This document shows positions 44,029-52,442 of a stretch of DNA of 64,000 nt, piece by piece. The stretch spans positions 248,001-312,000 of the IMG/VR virus record IMGVR_UViG_3300026078_000017; one strand, written 5' to 3'. The notes beneath the pieces are model-generated. The model saw only the letters and a program-made list of their open reading frames with translations. It was not told the origin of the DNA and made no database searches. Every line of letters begins with the position of its first letter. Positions within the stretch are counted from its first letter, which is position 1. The position numbers and the translations under genes are program-made.

Positions 44029-44455
44029 CTTAGAGACCTCTGACGTTCCAGAAGAAGAGGAACTTTCAGAAGAAGAAAAAGAACTACGCAAGATTGCTGC
44101 AACCCTGTACAGCATTCGACTTGACTCGCTTGCTCCCGTCAAGGACATAACGCCTGTTGGTTATAGAGTTATGTCACAACGTGGGTCAGACAAGTCAGGA
44201 ATCTATCTCAGTCGTTCTGCGGTTTTTATCTCTCTTGATGCATTTGAGATTTCTGGTGAGGTTATCACGGTCCACAATCTTGCCAAGTTTTCTTATGTGT
44301 ATCTCAAGTCTGACCAAGATGGCAAGGAAATCATGGTTGAAGTTCCTTCCCTTCAAGGATATCGAATCAGAAACGGAAGCCACTACTCAGGACGTGCAAA
44401 TAGGTTGTGGGTTGAAGGAGACGCACAACCCGGTGGTTTTATTCAAGTCCGATGA
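44018..44455 (+). CDS. hypothetical protein
   Basis: In operon. Confidence 0.65.
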   Translation: MTNNLETSDVPEEEELSEEEKELRKIAATLYSIRLDSLAPVKDITPVGYRVMSQRGSDKSGIYLSRSAVFISLDAFEISGEVITVHNLAKFSYVYLKSDQDGKEIMVEVPSLQGYRIRNGSHYSGRANRLWVEGDAQPGGFIQVR

Positions 44456-44712
44456 CAGCTCGGTCTAAATTCGCCCAAGGTGACATAATCAAGTGGATAG
44501 ACAAAGATCCACCTGACTATGAGTGTTGGCCTCATTTTGACTTTATTGCAAGGAATGATCAGTTTCTCATCCTCTTTTTTCACTCATACCCTGCCAAACA
44601 GTTCAACCAATATAAGGTGCTTGACCTAACACGGAACAAAATCATTTGGTTAGATCAGGACATGGTAGAGTGTAAATCCTGGATGAAGCGAACAATGAAA
44701 GTCTCAAAATAG
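44452..44712 (+). CDS. small SH3/KOW-like protein (GD family)
   Basis: FAQGDIIKW...FLIL...VLDL. Confidence 0.75.
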   Translation: MTARSKFAQGDIIKWIDKDPPDYECWPHFDFIARNDQFLILFFHSYPAKQFNQYKVLDLTRNKIIWLDQDMVECKSWMKRTMKVSK

Positions 44713-44761
44713 ACCTTGCATCCCTCAGGCATTTTGCTATAGTATCCTCAGAGGTTGAGAC

Positions 44762-45073
44762 ATGAGCACCAAGGATTTCCGAATCGTTTACATTGTTTGG
44801 TACCAGGCTGGTGGGATCGACGGACGGAGCACCGAGCCTCGGTCGATTGCACTCGCTACCTTTGACGAAAAGGAAGCGGAGATCAAGGCAAAGGCTGGTT
44901 GGTGTGAAGAGGAAGTCGAGGTGCGTGCAGTGGACATGCACGATGCCAAGAACAACGCACTTCGGAAGCTTTCGCCCCTTGACAAGCTTGCTCTTGGCCT
45001 TGGTACGCCTCCTGCAAAGGAAGAGCAGACCAATCGGTCACCCGACAAGTTCAACAACCCTCCCCGTTGGTAA
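44762..45073 (+). CDS. hypothetical protein
   Basis: Own promoter; ALRKLSPLDKLALGL. Confidence 0.75.
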   Translation: MSTKDFRIVYIVWYQAGGIDGRSTEPRSIALATFDEKEAEIKAKAGWCEEEVEVRAVDMHDAKNNALRKLSPLDKLALGLGTPPAKEEQTNRSPDKFNNPPRW

Positions 45074-45134
45074 ACATTTTCCTTGCACACAACGCGCATT
45101 CTGTTAGAATGTTCTTTGTCAAAGGGAGCTAGAT

Positions 45135-45839
45135 ATGGCCTACAAGATTGCAACGCTTGTTCTCAAGTCCAAGAACGTCAAGATCGGTGAGGTTTCTGCA
45201 ACCTACGCCAGCATTGACGGGTCGTGTCCCTCGGATTGCATGCACAAGGGTGCGGGTTGTTATGCTCAGGCTGGCAACGTGGGAATCCACGTGTCACGCA
45301 TGAATGCAACCAATAACGTGCGTACCCGTCAGGATGCTCGTGAGGTTGCTCGTGAGGTTGCTCGTGAGGAAGCACGTCAGATCAAGGCTGCAATCGCCAG
45401 CGGAGACGACACGCGCCCCTTGCGAGTGCATGTTTCTGGTGATTGTCGTACGCCTTCCGCAGCACGTGAGATTGCAACGGCAGTGGAAAATTGGAAGGCT
45501 CCCGTGTGGGGCTACACTCACGCGTGGAAGAAAGTCTCACGTCAGGATTGGGGACGTGCTAGCGTTCTTGCCTCGGTGGATTCTGCGGAAGACCTTCCCC
45601 TGGCATTTTCTCGTGGGTATGCGCCTGCTATCGTGGTAGAGAAGCACCCAGAGAATGGCAAGGCTTTCCTTCGTGAGGATGGTGTCAAGGTTATTCCTTG
45701 CCCTGCACAAACCCGTGAGGACGTGACGTGTGTCAAGTGTGGTCTGTGCATGAATGCCGACAAGCTTCATGGCATGAACGCTGCTATCTCGTTCGCGGCT
45801 CATGGAGTTTCCAAGCGAAAGTTGACCGTTATCAAGTAA
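45135..45839 (+). CDS. gp88-like Cys-rich Fe-S / radical-SAM-like phage protein
   Basis: SCPSDC...GCYA, RVHVSGD, WGYTH, CPAQ...CVKCGLC. Confidence 0.7.
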   Translation: MAYKIATLVLKSKNVKIGEVSATYASIDGSCPSDCMHKGAGCYAQAGNVGIHVSRMNATNNVRTRQDAREVAREVAREEARQIKAAIASGDDTRPLRVHVSGDCRTPSAAREIATAVENWKAPVWGYTHAWKKVSRQDWGRASVLASVDSAEDLPLAFSRGYAPAIVVEKHPENGKAFLREDGVKVIPCPAQTREDVTCVKCGLCMNADKLHGMNAAISFAAHGVSKRKLTVIK

Positions 45840-45858
45840 CGTGCTAGGGTGTTCCCGT

Positions 45859-46137
45859 ATGTCACGAAATAAATACGGGAACGCTCTCTCGCTTGCTGAG
45901 GCATGCGTTTTGACTGTTGGTGATAAGGTTTGGTATCAGTACGTGAAAAACGGAAATGTTCGGATTTCCGAGGAAGTTCTCGTAAACTACAACGACGGCA
46001 GAAATATCCTGTTTGACAACGGATATGACTTCGAACTTGGTAGAGCCCTGAGAACCTCCGGAGATCTCACTCTCATTCCAGCGAGAGTGGAATGTCATCC
46101 TGGTGAGTGTACTTTGTTTCACTTGACCAAGGTGTGA
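45859..46137 (+). CDS. small SH3/KOW-like protein (GD family)
   Basis: LTVGDKVW. Confidence 0.6.
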   Translation: MSRNKYGNALSLAEACVLTVGDKVWYQYVKNGNVRISEEVLVNYNDGRNILFDNGYDFELGRALRTSGDLTLIPARVECHPGECTLFHLTKV

Positions 46138-46187
46138 CTCCAAGTTATCAGGTGGACAACATTTGTACAGGTTGATACACTATGTGA

Positions 46188-46604
46188 ATGGCATTTTACG
46201 GTCCACCGACTTCCTATCCGCGGATTTATCCACACTTACCTGTTGTTAGTACTACAAGCGAATATTTGTCCACAGTTTGGATTAAGAGAAAAATTTGCAA
46301 GAGGAAAAAGCCCAAGTATATCTCAAAGCACGAAAAAGTTTGTCCGTTTTTGGTAGGGCAGATTATTTTCAACAAGAAACGTCCAACGATTCGCAGACTT
46401 GTTATTGGTGAGCCAAGACTCATTAACAAGACCGTGTGGAGTCGTCATAGAACCTGTTGGGAAATTCCAGTGTTGAATATTCGCAAGAGTGCGAATAACG
46501 GGAAAAAATCTATGTTGGTGATTGAACTAACACGGATTAAGAACTTTGAGATTTTCTCAGACTCTGAGGTTGCCTCTGTTTTGGAGTGTGCTAATATCGA
46601 GTAA
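46188..46604 (+). CDS. SH3/KOW-like protein (GD family)
   Basis: PFLVGQII...LVIGEP...VLNI. Confidence 0.6.
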   Translation: MAFYGPPTSYPRIYPHLPVVSTTSEYLSTVWIKRKICKRKKPKYISKHEKVCPFLVGQIIFNKKRPTIRRLVIGEPRLINKTVWSRHRTCWEIPVLNIRKSANNGKKSMLVIELTRIKNFEIFSDSEVASVLECANIE

Positions 46605-46628
46605 CTCCACAACAGGTTGAGGTCACTC

Positions 46629-47513
46629 ATGGGTTGTCTGAATTCGCAGGGTCAATTCTCTCACTGGTTTGCAAATATACACCTGAGTGGGGCTTGTAAT
46701 CGATCCTGTTACTTCTGTATCGGGCAACACATGCCCGGTCTTGACCCGATCAACAACCTGGACACTTGGCCTTTGCCAGGCATGGACGAGTTTTTGACGA
46801 AGTGTCGAGAGCAGGGCGTTAAGGAAATTAACCTGACTGGCTCTGACACCGATCCCTTGCTCTATCGTCATCTTCCTGAGTTGACGGCATTTCTCCGAAA
46901 GGAGATTCCTGGTGCCATCCTCGGAATCCGGACGAACGGGGTTTTGGAAGAGCGGCACCCTGACTTGATTGACCTGTTTGACAAGGGAAGCATTTCTGTC
47001 ACTTCCTTTGACTCGGCAATCTACAAGAAGACCATGGGTCATGGAAGCCCGCCAGACGTCGCAGGATTTCGTCAGAGGCATCCGGGGTTCCGGGTGAAGG
47101 GGAACGTGGTCCTATGTCCTGAGACCGTCACAAAGAATTCTAATGGCTTCTGTGACCTTGATGCGACCTTGAAATACTTCGCTTCCAATGGATTTGAGAA
47201 GGTCAACATCCGTGAGCCTTACGGGCAGACTCATATTGGTGATCCGCTCAAGGGATCTCAGTTTGAGCAGATTGGTACGATCTATGCCATGCCGATTTAC
47301 AATGTCTATGGCATGCAGGTTACCTATTGGGATGTTCACTACGTGGAGGTTGAATCTGTCAATCTCTATGCCAACGCCAACGTGTCTGTGACTTATCCAG
47401 TCACACTTGGACATGACCCTGTTCTTGGCACGGTGTTTGACCAGAGCAAGTTCTTGCAGGGTCGTCAGCATGAACAGTGGAAAAACAAGCGAAAGCTTTC
47501 GGTGGTGAGGTAA
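46629..47513 (+). CDS. radical SAM enzyme
   Basis: CNRSCYFC (CxxxCxxC), NLTGSDTDP, IRTNG. Confidence 0.9.
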   Translation: MGCLNSQGQFSHWFANIHLSGACNRSCYFCIGQHMPGLDPINNLDTWPLPGMDEFLTKCREQGVKEINLTGSDTDPLLYRHLPELTAFLRKEIPGAILGIRTNGVLEERHPDLIDLFDKGSISVTSFDSAIYKKTMGHGSPPDVAGFRQRHPGFRVKGNVVLCPETVTKNSNGFCDLDATLKYFASNGFEKVNIREPYGQTHIGDPLKGSQFEQIGTIYAMPIYNVYGMQVTYWDVHYVEVESVNLYANANVSVTYPVTLGHDPVLGTVFDQSKFLQGRQHEQWKNKRKLSVVR

Positions 47514-47795
47514 ATGGCCAAAAAGAAACTGAAAGTTGGCGACCTTGTCTACATCAACAACACGAGATATGGGTCAATTCGTGCCATGGAGTGTGATGTA
47601 AATTCCATAACAAAATCAAGTTTCGTTTATGTCCACTACGGAATGTTTTTGATTTTGGATACAGAGTCCTTACCACCTGGTTACTTTTCGAAAACCTCAA
47701 TGTGGCTTGAGGCTCTAGACTTGAGAAACAACACCAAGATTTTTTTGAACACGGATGACATCATGAAATATGTGGAGAATTTTCCTGACCCATAA
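47514..47795 (+). CDS. small SH3/KOW-like protein (GD family)
   Basis: LKVGDLVY...MFLILD...ALDL. Confidence 0.75.
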   Translation: MAKKKLKVGDLVYINNTRYGSIRAMECDVNSITKSSFVYVHYGMFLILDTESLPPGYFSKTSMWLEALDLRNNTKIFLNTDDIMKYVENFPDP

Positions 47796-47831
47796 GGTGG
47801 CATGTTGTTTGTTGTGTGCTAAAGTAATCCT

Positions 47832-48203
47832 ATGCCTCTTTTCTATAGAAACAGTTTAACTCAGTTGAGTCTGCCATTTCCTGAGTCGGAACGTGTGTTG
47901 ATTAAAGGCTACAACCAAGCATTTTTATTTGACCTGGTTGAGTCAGACACGTGGATTGCAACCAAGACCGTTTTATTTCTAACAGAAACCACTGATTCTG
48001 ATGGTTCGCCTTATGGTCCAGAAGTGGTTGTTCTTCAAGAAACTTGGACACAAGGTGCATTCTATGTGAATGGCAAAATCCAAGCATATACTACCACTGT
48101 CAATGAAGCCATAAGAAAATACATGATTGGCGTTTTTTCCTATGAGCGAAATCAGCACGGATGGCTGTGGGCTGGTGACTTTAAGGCAAAGTTAGAACAA
48201 TGA
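47832..48203 (+). CDS. hypothetical protein
   Basis: TGCTAAAGT box upstream. Confidence 0.65.
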   Translation: MPLFYRNSLTQLSLPFPESERVLIKGYNQAFLFDLVESDTWIATKTVLFLTETTDSDGSPYGPEVVVLQETWTQGAFYVNGKIQAYTTTVNEAIRKYMIGVFSYERNQHGWLWAGDFKAKLEQ

Positions 48204-48478
48204 CTGACATATGGAGCGACAATCCACCTTTGGCAAAGGTTATGCCAGCAGGCACCTTAATCATGCGAACAGGTGAATATGGCAAAGATATCTCATCGAC
48301 ATTTGCATTTATTGCCTTACAGCGTTTTGTTACGCCATCTTGTCGTGAGTATAATCAAGAGAAACCTGGGTTTCTCACTGGTGTGTGGGCTTGTGTCTAC
48401 GACATAGAACAACAACGTGTGCGAGACATTATGATCGATTTTTCGACTTCTTGGAAATATACTTTCCAAGAACCGTAG
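48200..48478 (+). CDS. small SH3-like protein (GD family)
   Basis: PAGTLIM...VYDI. Confidence 0.65.
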   Translation: MTDIWSDNPPLAKVMPAGTLIMRTGEYGKDISSTFAFIALQRFVTPSCREYNQEKPGFLTGVWACVYDIEQQRVRDIMIDFSTSWKYTFQEP

Positions 48479-48516
48479 ACCCTTGCATTCATGTGAAAAG
48501 GTGCTAAAACACCACT

Positions 48517-48714
48517 ATGACCACATCACAGAAGTCGCTAGAGGATGACATTCAGATTCTTGGTGGACTTGCAGAAGTTCACATGACTGCCACGACCAAG
48601 GAAGACTTTCAGCTTTGTCAGCGTGTTCGGGCCACGATCACGTGCTACATGCTGAATCGTCCAGGCTGGATCAAGATTGAATCTGGCTTGAACCTTTCCA
48701 CGTCCATGACGTGA
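48517..48714 (+). CDS. hypothetical protein
   Basis: Own promoter TTGCAT..TGCTAAAAC. Confidence 0.65.
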   Translation: MTTSQKSLEDDIQILGGLAEVHMTATTKEDFQLCQRVRATITCYMLNRPGWIKIESGLNLSTSMT

Positions 48715-48998
48715 CAATGGAAAACAAATTTCCATTTGAGGTTGGAGATCTCATTGGCTTCAAGCCAAACATGCAGCCAGGAAAAATGGTGCCAGATTGG
48801 CTTGGACTGGTTTTGACAGCAACAAAACCATATCGCTCATCCTTAGACGACATGGAGGATGAGGATGGCATGTTAGTACGATATAAGATTTTCTGTTTTC
48901 AAACAGAAAACGTGACCTCCTGGTACCATTATGAAGATGACATGCCTCGTTGGTACTTGGTTGCCTCACCCATCGAAAATCTTGTGAGACATGACTGA
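48711..48998 (+). CDS. small SH3/KOW-like protein (PFxVGD subfamily)
   Basis: PFEVGDLI...LGLVL. Confidence 0.75.
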   Translation: MTMENKFPFEVGDLIGFKPNMQPGKMVPDWLGLVLTATKPYRSSLDDMEDEDGMLVRYKIFCFQTENVTSWYHYEDDMPRWYLVASPIENLVRHD

Positions 48999-49206
48999 AC
49001 GAACAAAACCTTTTGGTGTTGGTGACATTGTTGGCAACATGTGGATTGAACCACCAGAGTTGGTCTTGGTTGTTGAGGTTAGAGTTGCTAAGTCATTTTT
49101 TGAGTATGACGTGATTTACCTAGACAAGAAACAGGGTGGACATTCGACTTGGGCAGAACTTTCTGACTTTGATCCCATGTTTAAGCTTTTTTATGAGGCA
49201 GATTAA
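48991..49206 (+). CDS. small SH3/KOW-like protein (PFxVGD subfamily)
   Basis: RTKPFGVGDIV. Confidence 0.75.
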   Translation: MTERTKPFGVGDIVGNMWIEPPELVLVVEVRVAKSFFEYDVIYLDKKQGGHSTWAELSDFDPMFKLFYEAD

Positions 49207-49461
49207 ATGTTAAAGCCTCGTACAAAGCCCTTTAAGGCAGGAGACGTTATCGAGTGGAGGTGGGAACAGAGTTGGTCCCGAGTTTTGGTCCTTGATGTAA
49301 CCTATGAGAAACAAGTAGCTAATCCTATATGGGTTTATTCTGTTTTGCATCTCAGCGACTCAAATCCACATTGTATTTATTTGCAGACCAAGTCTATTTG
49401 GCATGAAAATGAATTTCCGTTTGCGCAAAACATCAACCTGGTGTATAGTGTTGAAGAATGA
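49207..49461 (+). CDS. small SH3/KOW-like protein (PFxVGD subfamily)
   Basis: RTKPFKAGDVI. Confidence 0.75.
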   Translation: MLKPRTKPFKAGDVIEWRWEQSWSRVLVLDVTYEKQVANPIWVYSVLHLSDSNPHCIYLQTKSIWHENEFPFAQNINLVYSVEE

Positions 49462-49709
49462 TAAGAAGGCATCCATTTAAGGTTGGCGACCTAGTCAAGT
49501 TCAAGGTTGACAATGACGACTTCATTACAGCCCTTGTTGTCGACGTGAACGTCAGAAGTACCAAAAATATGGGCTTTCACTATTTCTACGATATTGTCCA
49601 CATTGGTGGAAGCACTCATGGAAGCAAGGGCATTTGGAATGAGTGTCCAGGTTTTGGAATAACGTTTTCAAATGACTTTATCCTGGTGTCATCATGCAAG
49701 ACAACTTGA
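49458..49709 (+). CDS. small SH3/KOW-like protein (PFxVGD subfamily)
   Basis: PFKVGDLV. Confidence 0.75.
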   Translation: MIRRHPFKVGDLVKFKVDNDDFITALVVDVNVRSTKNMGFHYFYDIVHIGGSTHGSKGIWNECPGFGITFSNDFILVSSCKTT

Positions 49710-49948
49710 AGTTTGTGCCATTCAAGGTTGGTGACATTGTCGAGCGTGACCTAGAAGGTGCTCCGAAGCGACTAGGATTAATTTTAGATATTTGGCCTTT
49801 TAGAACCAACACCACTGAAAGACAGTGTTTGCTTTACAAAGTGTGTCTTTTGGATGTGGCTATGTGGCGAATAGTCTCTTGGCAACATGAAAATTTGCCA
49901 AGATGGCCAAATATTCACTACAGGCTTATTTGTGGAACTGACACATGA
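49694..49948 (+). CDS. small SH3/KOW-like protein (PFxVGD subfamily)
   Basis: PFKVGDIVER...GLILD. Confidence 0.75.
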   Translation: MQDNLKFVPFKVGDIVERDLEGAPKRLGLILDIWPFRTNTTERQCLLYKVCLLDVAMWRIVSWQHENLPRWPNIHYRLICGTDT

Positions 49949-50187
49949 GAAAGACTTTCGAGATTGGTGATGTGGTCGAACGAACCTTTCGAGGCAATGT
50001 TCGTACCACATACACTGGTTTGATTTTGGATGTGACAAACACCAAAACAAACAAGTTATATACGGTTTTTGTTTTTGGTGCTAATCAGAAAGTCACCTGG
50101 ATCCACGACTTGATGTATCGTGATACAACAGTCACCTACAAACTCTGTTCTGAGGATTCCGAAAAAGAAGACAAAGAAACCGTTTGA
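49945..50187 (+). CDS. small SH3/KOW-like protein (PFxVGD subfamily)
   Basis: FEIGDVVER...GLILD. Confidence 0.75.
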   Translation: MRKTFEIGDVVERTFRGNVRTTYTGLILDVTNTKTNKLYTVFVFGANQKVTWIHDLMYRDTTVTYKLCSEDSEKEDKETV

Positions 50188-50269
50188 CAAGTTCCTGAAT
50201 GGTGCTAAAACAAAATGGTGATGAGGAGGTGACAATCAAGTCGCCCTCAAACAAATAGAGAAAAAGACA

Positions 50270-50452
50270 ATGAAGATCGGTATGATGGTTGAGACGGCTC
50301 GTTCGTGTGGCGCTCTTGGTGAGCGTGGTGGTGTGGATCTCGGCGCGGAGACGACGGGCAAGCTGCTCGGCATTCGCGGAGATCACTGCAAGTTGGAGCT
50401 TGCGGATGGCAAGGTCGTTTACCTTGCGACCGAATATCTGAAGTGGCGTTGA
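50270..50452 (+). CDS. small SH3-like protein
   Basis: MKIGMMV...; GC-rich, purine-rich leader, own promoter. Confidence 0.75.
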   Translation: MKIGMMVETARSCGALGERGGVDLGAETTGKLLGIRGDHCKLELADGKVVYLATEYLKWR

Positions 50453-50528
50453 GCCCAAAAAGACGTTCTCACGTTCGATTCGGCGCTGTTGTGGCGTTTA
50501 GGGTTGACAGCGTGAGTTGATCACCTGG

Positions 50529-50566
50529 AAGGGTGGCAGGAGAAATCTTGCCACCTTTTCTTTTTT
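50529..50566 (+). terminator. intrinsic terminator
   Basis: GGTGGCAGG...CTTGCCACC-TTTTCTTTTTT. Confidence 0.75.
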
Positions 50567-50782
50567 GTTCTTCTCCTGGGATTTTTAACCAGGTTGCACT
50601 AAAATCTAAAGGGTGATAGTCTTAGGTATCATGGAAACTCTACTGGTTGTCTCTGGCTGGTCTTGCCTCGTGACTGGTTTCTTTCTGTTTGTGCCGCTCA
50701 TGATCCTTGGATCCAAGGCAGGTTACAGTATCGGTGCAGCCATTGGTGGAAGTCTTGGAAGATTTTTTAGGTCCTTTGTTGA

Positions 50783-51142
50783 ATGACTAAATCACCCTTT
50801 GCTAAGGTTCAGGCAGGAGACATGATCCAGACAACAAAGTTTGGGGCATGGACTTTTTTGAAGAGAAACGACTACAGGAAGAATTCCCGAGATTGGAATC
50901 ACTGTGAAGGGTGGTTTTTGGTTATTGAAACAAGAACCTGGAAAATCAGTGACGAGCATCCTTGGATTTTAACCTTAGATCTTTGGTCACCCAAGGAAAA
51001 TTACTGGTGTGACATTAGAGTGTACTTATATCAAGAAGATATTCCAAAGGATGTTGAAAGTCAATTGGAGATGGTTGAAGTTAATGAACTCAACAACCCA
51101 AAATTGCTGACACATATACCTTGTGTCTCTGAGACAAAATAA
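50783..51142 (+). CDS. small SH3/KOW-like protein (GD family)
   Basis: VQAGDMI...WFLVIE. Confidence 0.7.
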   Translation: MTKSPFAKVQAGDMIQTTKFGAWTFLKRNDYRKNSRDWNHCEGWFLVIETRTWKISDEHPWILTLDLWSPKENYWCDIRVYLYQEDIPKDVESQLEMVEVNELNNPKLLTHIPCVSETK

Positions 51143-51153
51143 AGGAAAACAAA

Positions 51154-51546
51154 ATGAACGTTATTCAAGTAGTTATGGGCGATTGGTCACAGGATGGTCA
51201 CAACCACACAGAAACTGTGGTCATTATGAGCGACCACACCGCAAAGCAAATGGAAAAGGCATATAAGGCAGGTGTCAAAAAGTGCAAGTTTGACATTTCT
51301 TCATTCTGTGAGGAATATGAAGACAACACCATTTCCAATAAAATGTTTCTTTATTTTTTCAATTGGGGTGTGGAGATGGAAGAAAACTACGACGAAGATG
51401 CCGACCATCAGCCAATTGGTTATTCTGACTTTGCCAACATTTACTTGAAGACGTGCGAAATTGGAGATCCGACATTTAAGTACGTGAGAGTTGACTCCAA
51501 TGCTTCTTCGGTCAATATTGGCGGATATGGGTTGTTTTCGAATTGA
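51154..51546 (+). CDS. conserved phage hypothetical protein
   Basis: GDWSQDGH...CEEYED...IGGYGLF. Confidence 0.8.
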   Translation: MNVIQVVMGDWSQDGHNHTETVVIMSDHTAKQMEKAYKAGVKKCKFDISSFCEEYEDNTISNKMFLYFFNWGVEMEENYDEDADHQPIGYSDFANIYLKTCEIGDPTFKYVRVDSNASSVNIGGYGLFSN

Positions 51547-51625
51547 AAGTAAATTTGATACAACGCCAAACCAATCTAGATACTACTGCTTAGAGCATCC
51601 ACATTTGCTCTAGAAAGTAGTTAAA

Positions 51626-51781
51626 GTGAGAAAATACGAATACAAAATCGAGTCTTTTACAAGTAATATGTACCAGCCTACATATCTGGAAAATCATCTC
51701 AATAAACTTGGAGAAGACGGTTGGAAACTGATCGATAAAGACAAAGAGGTTATCATCCTCAGGCGTCGTAAACAGGCTTAA
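51626..51781 (+). CDS. DUF4177-like small protein
   Basis: Hand-translated KYEYK...LNKLGEDGWKLI...LRR. Confidence 0.65.
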   Translation: MRKYEYKIESFTSNMYQPTYLENHLNKLGEDGWKLIDKDKEVIILRRRKQA

Positions 51782-51791
51782 TTAACTTGAC

Positions 51792-52442
51792 ATGTTTTGG
51801 ATTTACGCGCTTCTTGATGAAAAAGGTTTTCCTAGATATGTTGGAAAAACCTATGACTTGAAAGAACGACTGAGAAATCATCTCAAAGAGAAAGGTCGTT
51901 GTCATCGAATCTGTTGGCTTAAATCTATGAAATCTAAGGGACTCAATCCCACATTGATTGCATTGGATTCTAAGCCAACAGAGCAAGAAGCTTTGGATGA
52001 AGAAGTTTTTTTGATATCTTATTTTCGTTATTTGGGTGCTGATTTAACCAACGGAACAGATGGTGGTGAAGGAATCTCTGGACACAAACATTCCTTAGAA
52101 ACAAGAAACAAAATGTCCAAAAGTCGGATAGGACATATAACTTCACCTGAAACTCGACGTAAGTTGTCTGAATCAAACAAAGGTAAACCACATAAAGGTG
52201 GATGGCATCATAATGAAACAAGTAAGAAAAAAATAACAGGTAGAAAACCAAGGCAAATTCAAGACTCGCATGGAAAAGTCTTTGCGTCTGTTCGTGAAGC
52301 TGCTAAAGTGTTTGGTGTAAGCATCGATCAAATCAAATATGCCCTTCAAAAGGGCACTCCCACCCACAAAGTACCAAGGTTACATTATGTTGAAGGTTCA
52401 AGAATATCTACTGACGCACACATTGAACGATTTAGCTCGTGA
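51792..52442 (+). CDS. GIY-YIG homing endonuclease with NUMOD3 repeats
   Basis: WIYAL...RYVGKT...R; LTNGTDGGEG; HSLETRNKMS / SPETRRKLS. Confidence 0.9.
   Translation: MFWIYALLDEKGFPRYVGKTYDLKERLRNHLKEKGRCHRICWLKSMKSKGLNPTLIALDSKPTEQEALDEEVFLISYFRYLGADLTNGTDGGEGISGHKHSLETRNKMSKSRIGHITSPETRRKLSESNKGKPHKGGWHHNETSKKKITGRKPRQIQDSHGKVFASVREAAKVFGVSIDQIKYALQKGTPTHKVPRLHYVEGSRISTDAHIERFSS

Noticed and set aside
45336-45369. 12-bp tandem repeat GCTCGTGAGGTT
   Set aside because: In-frame local slippage (AREV x2-3) within a gene; not an array.
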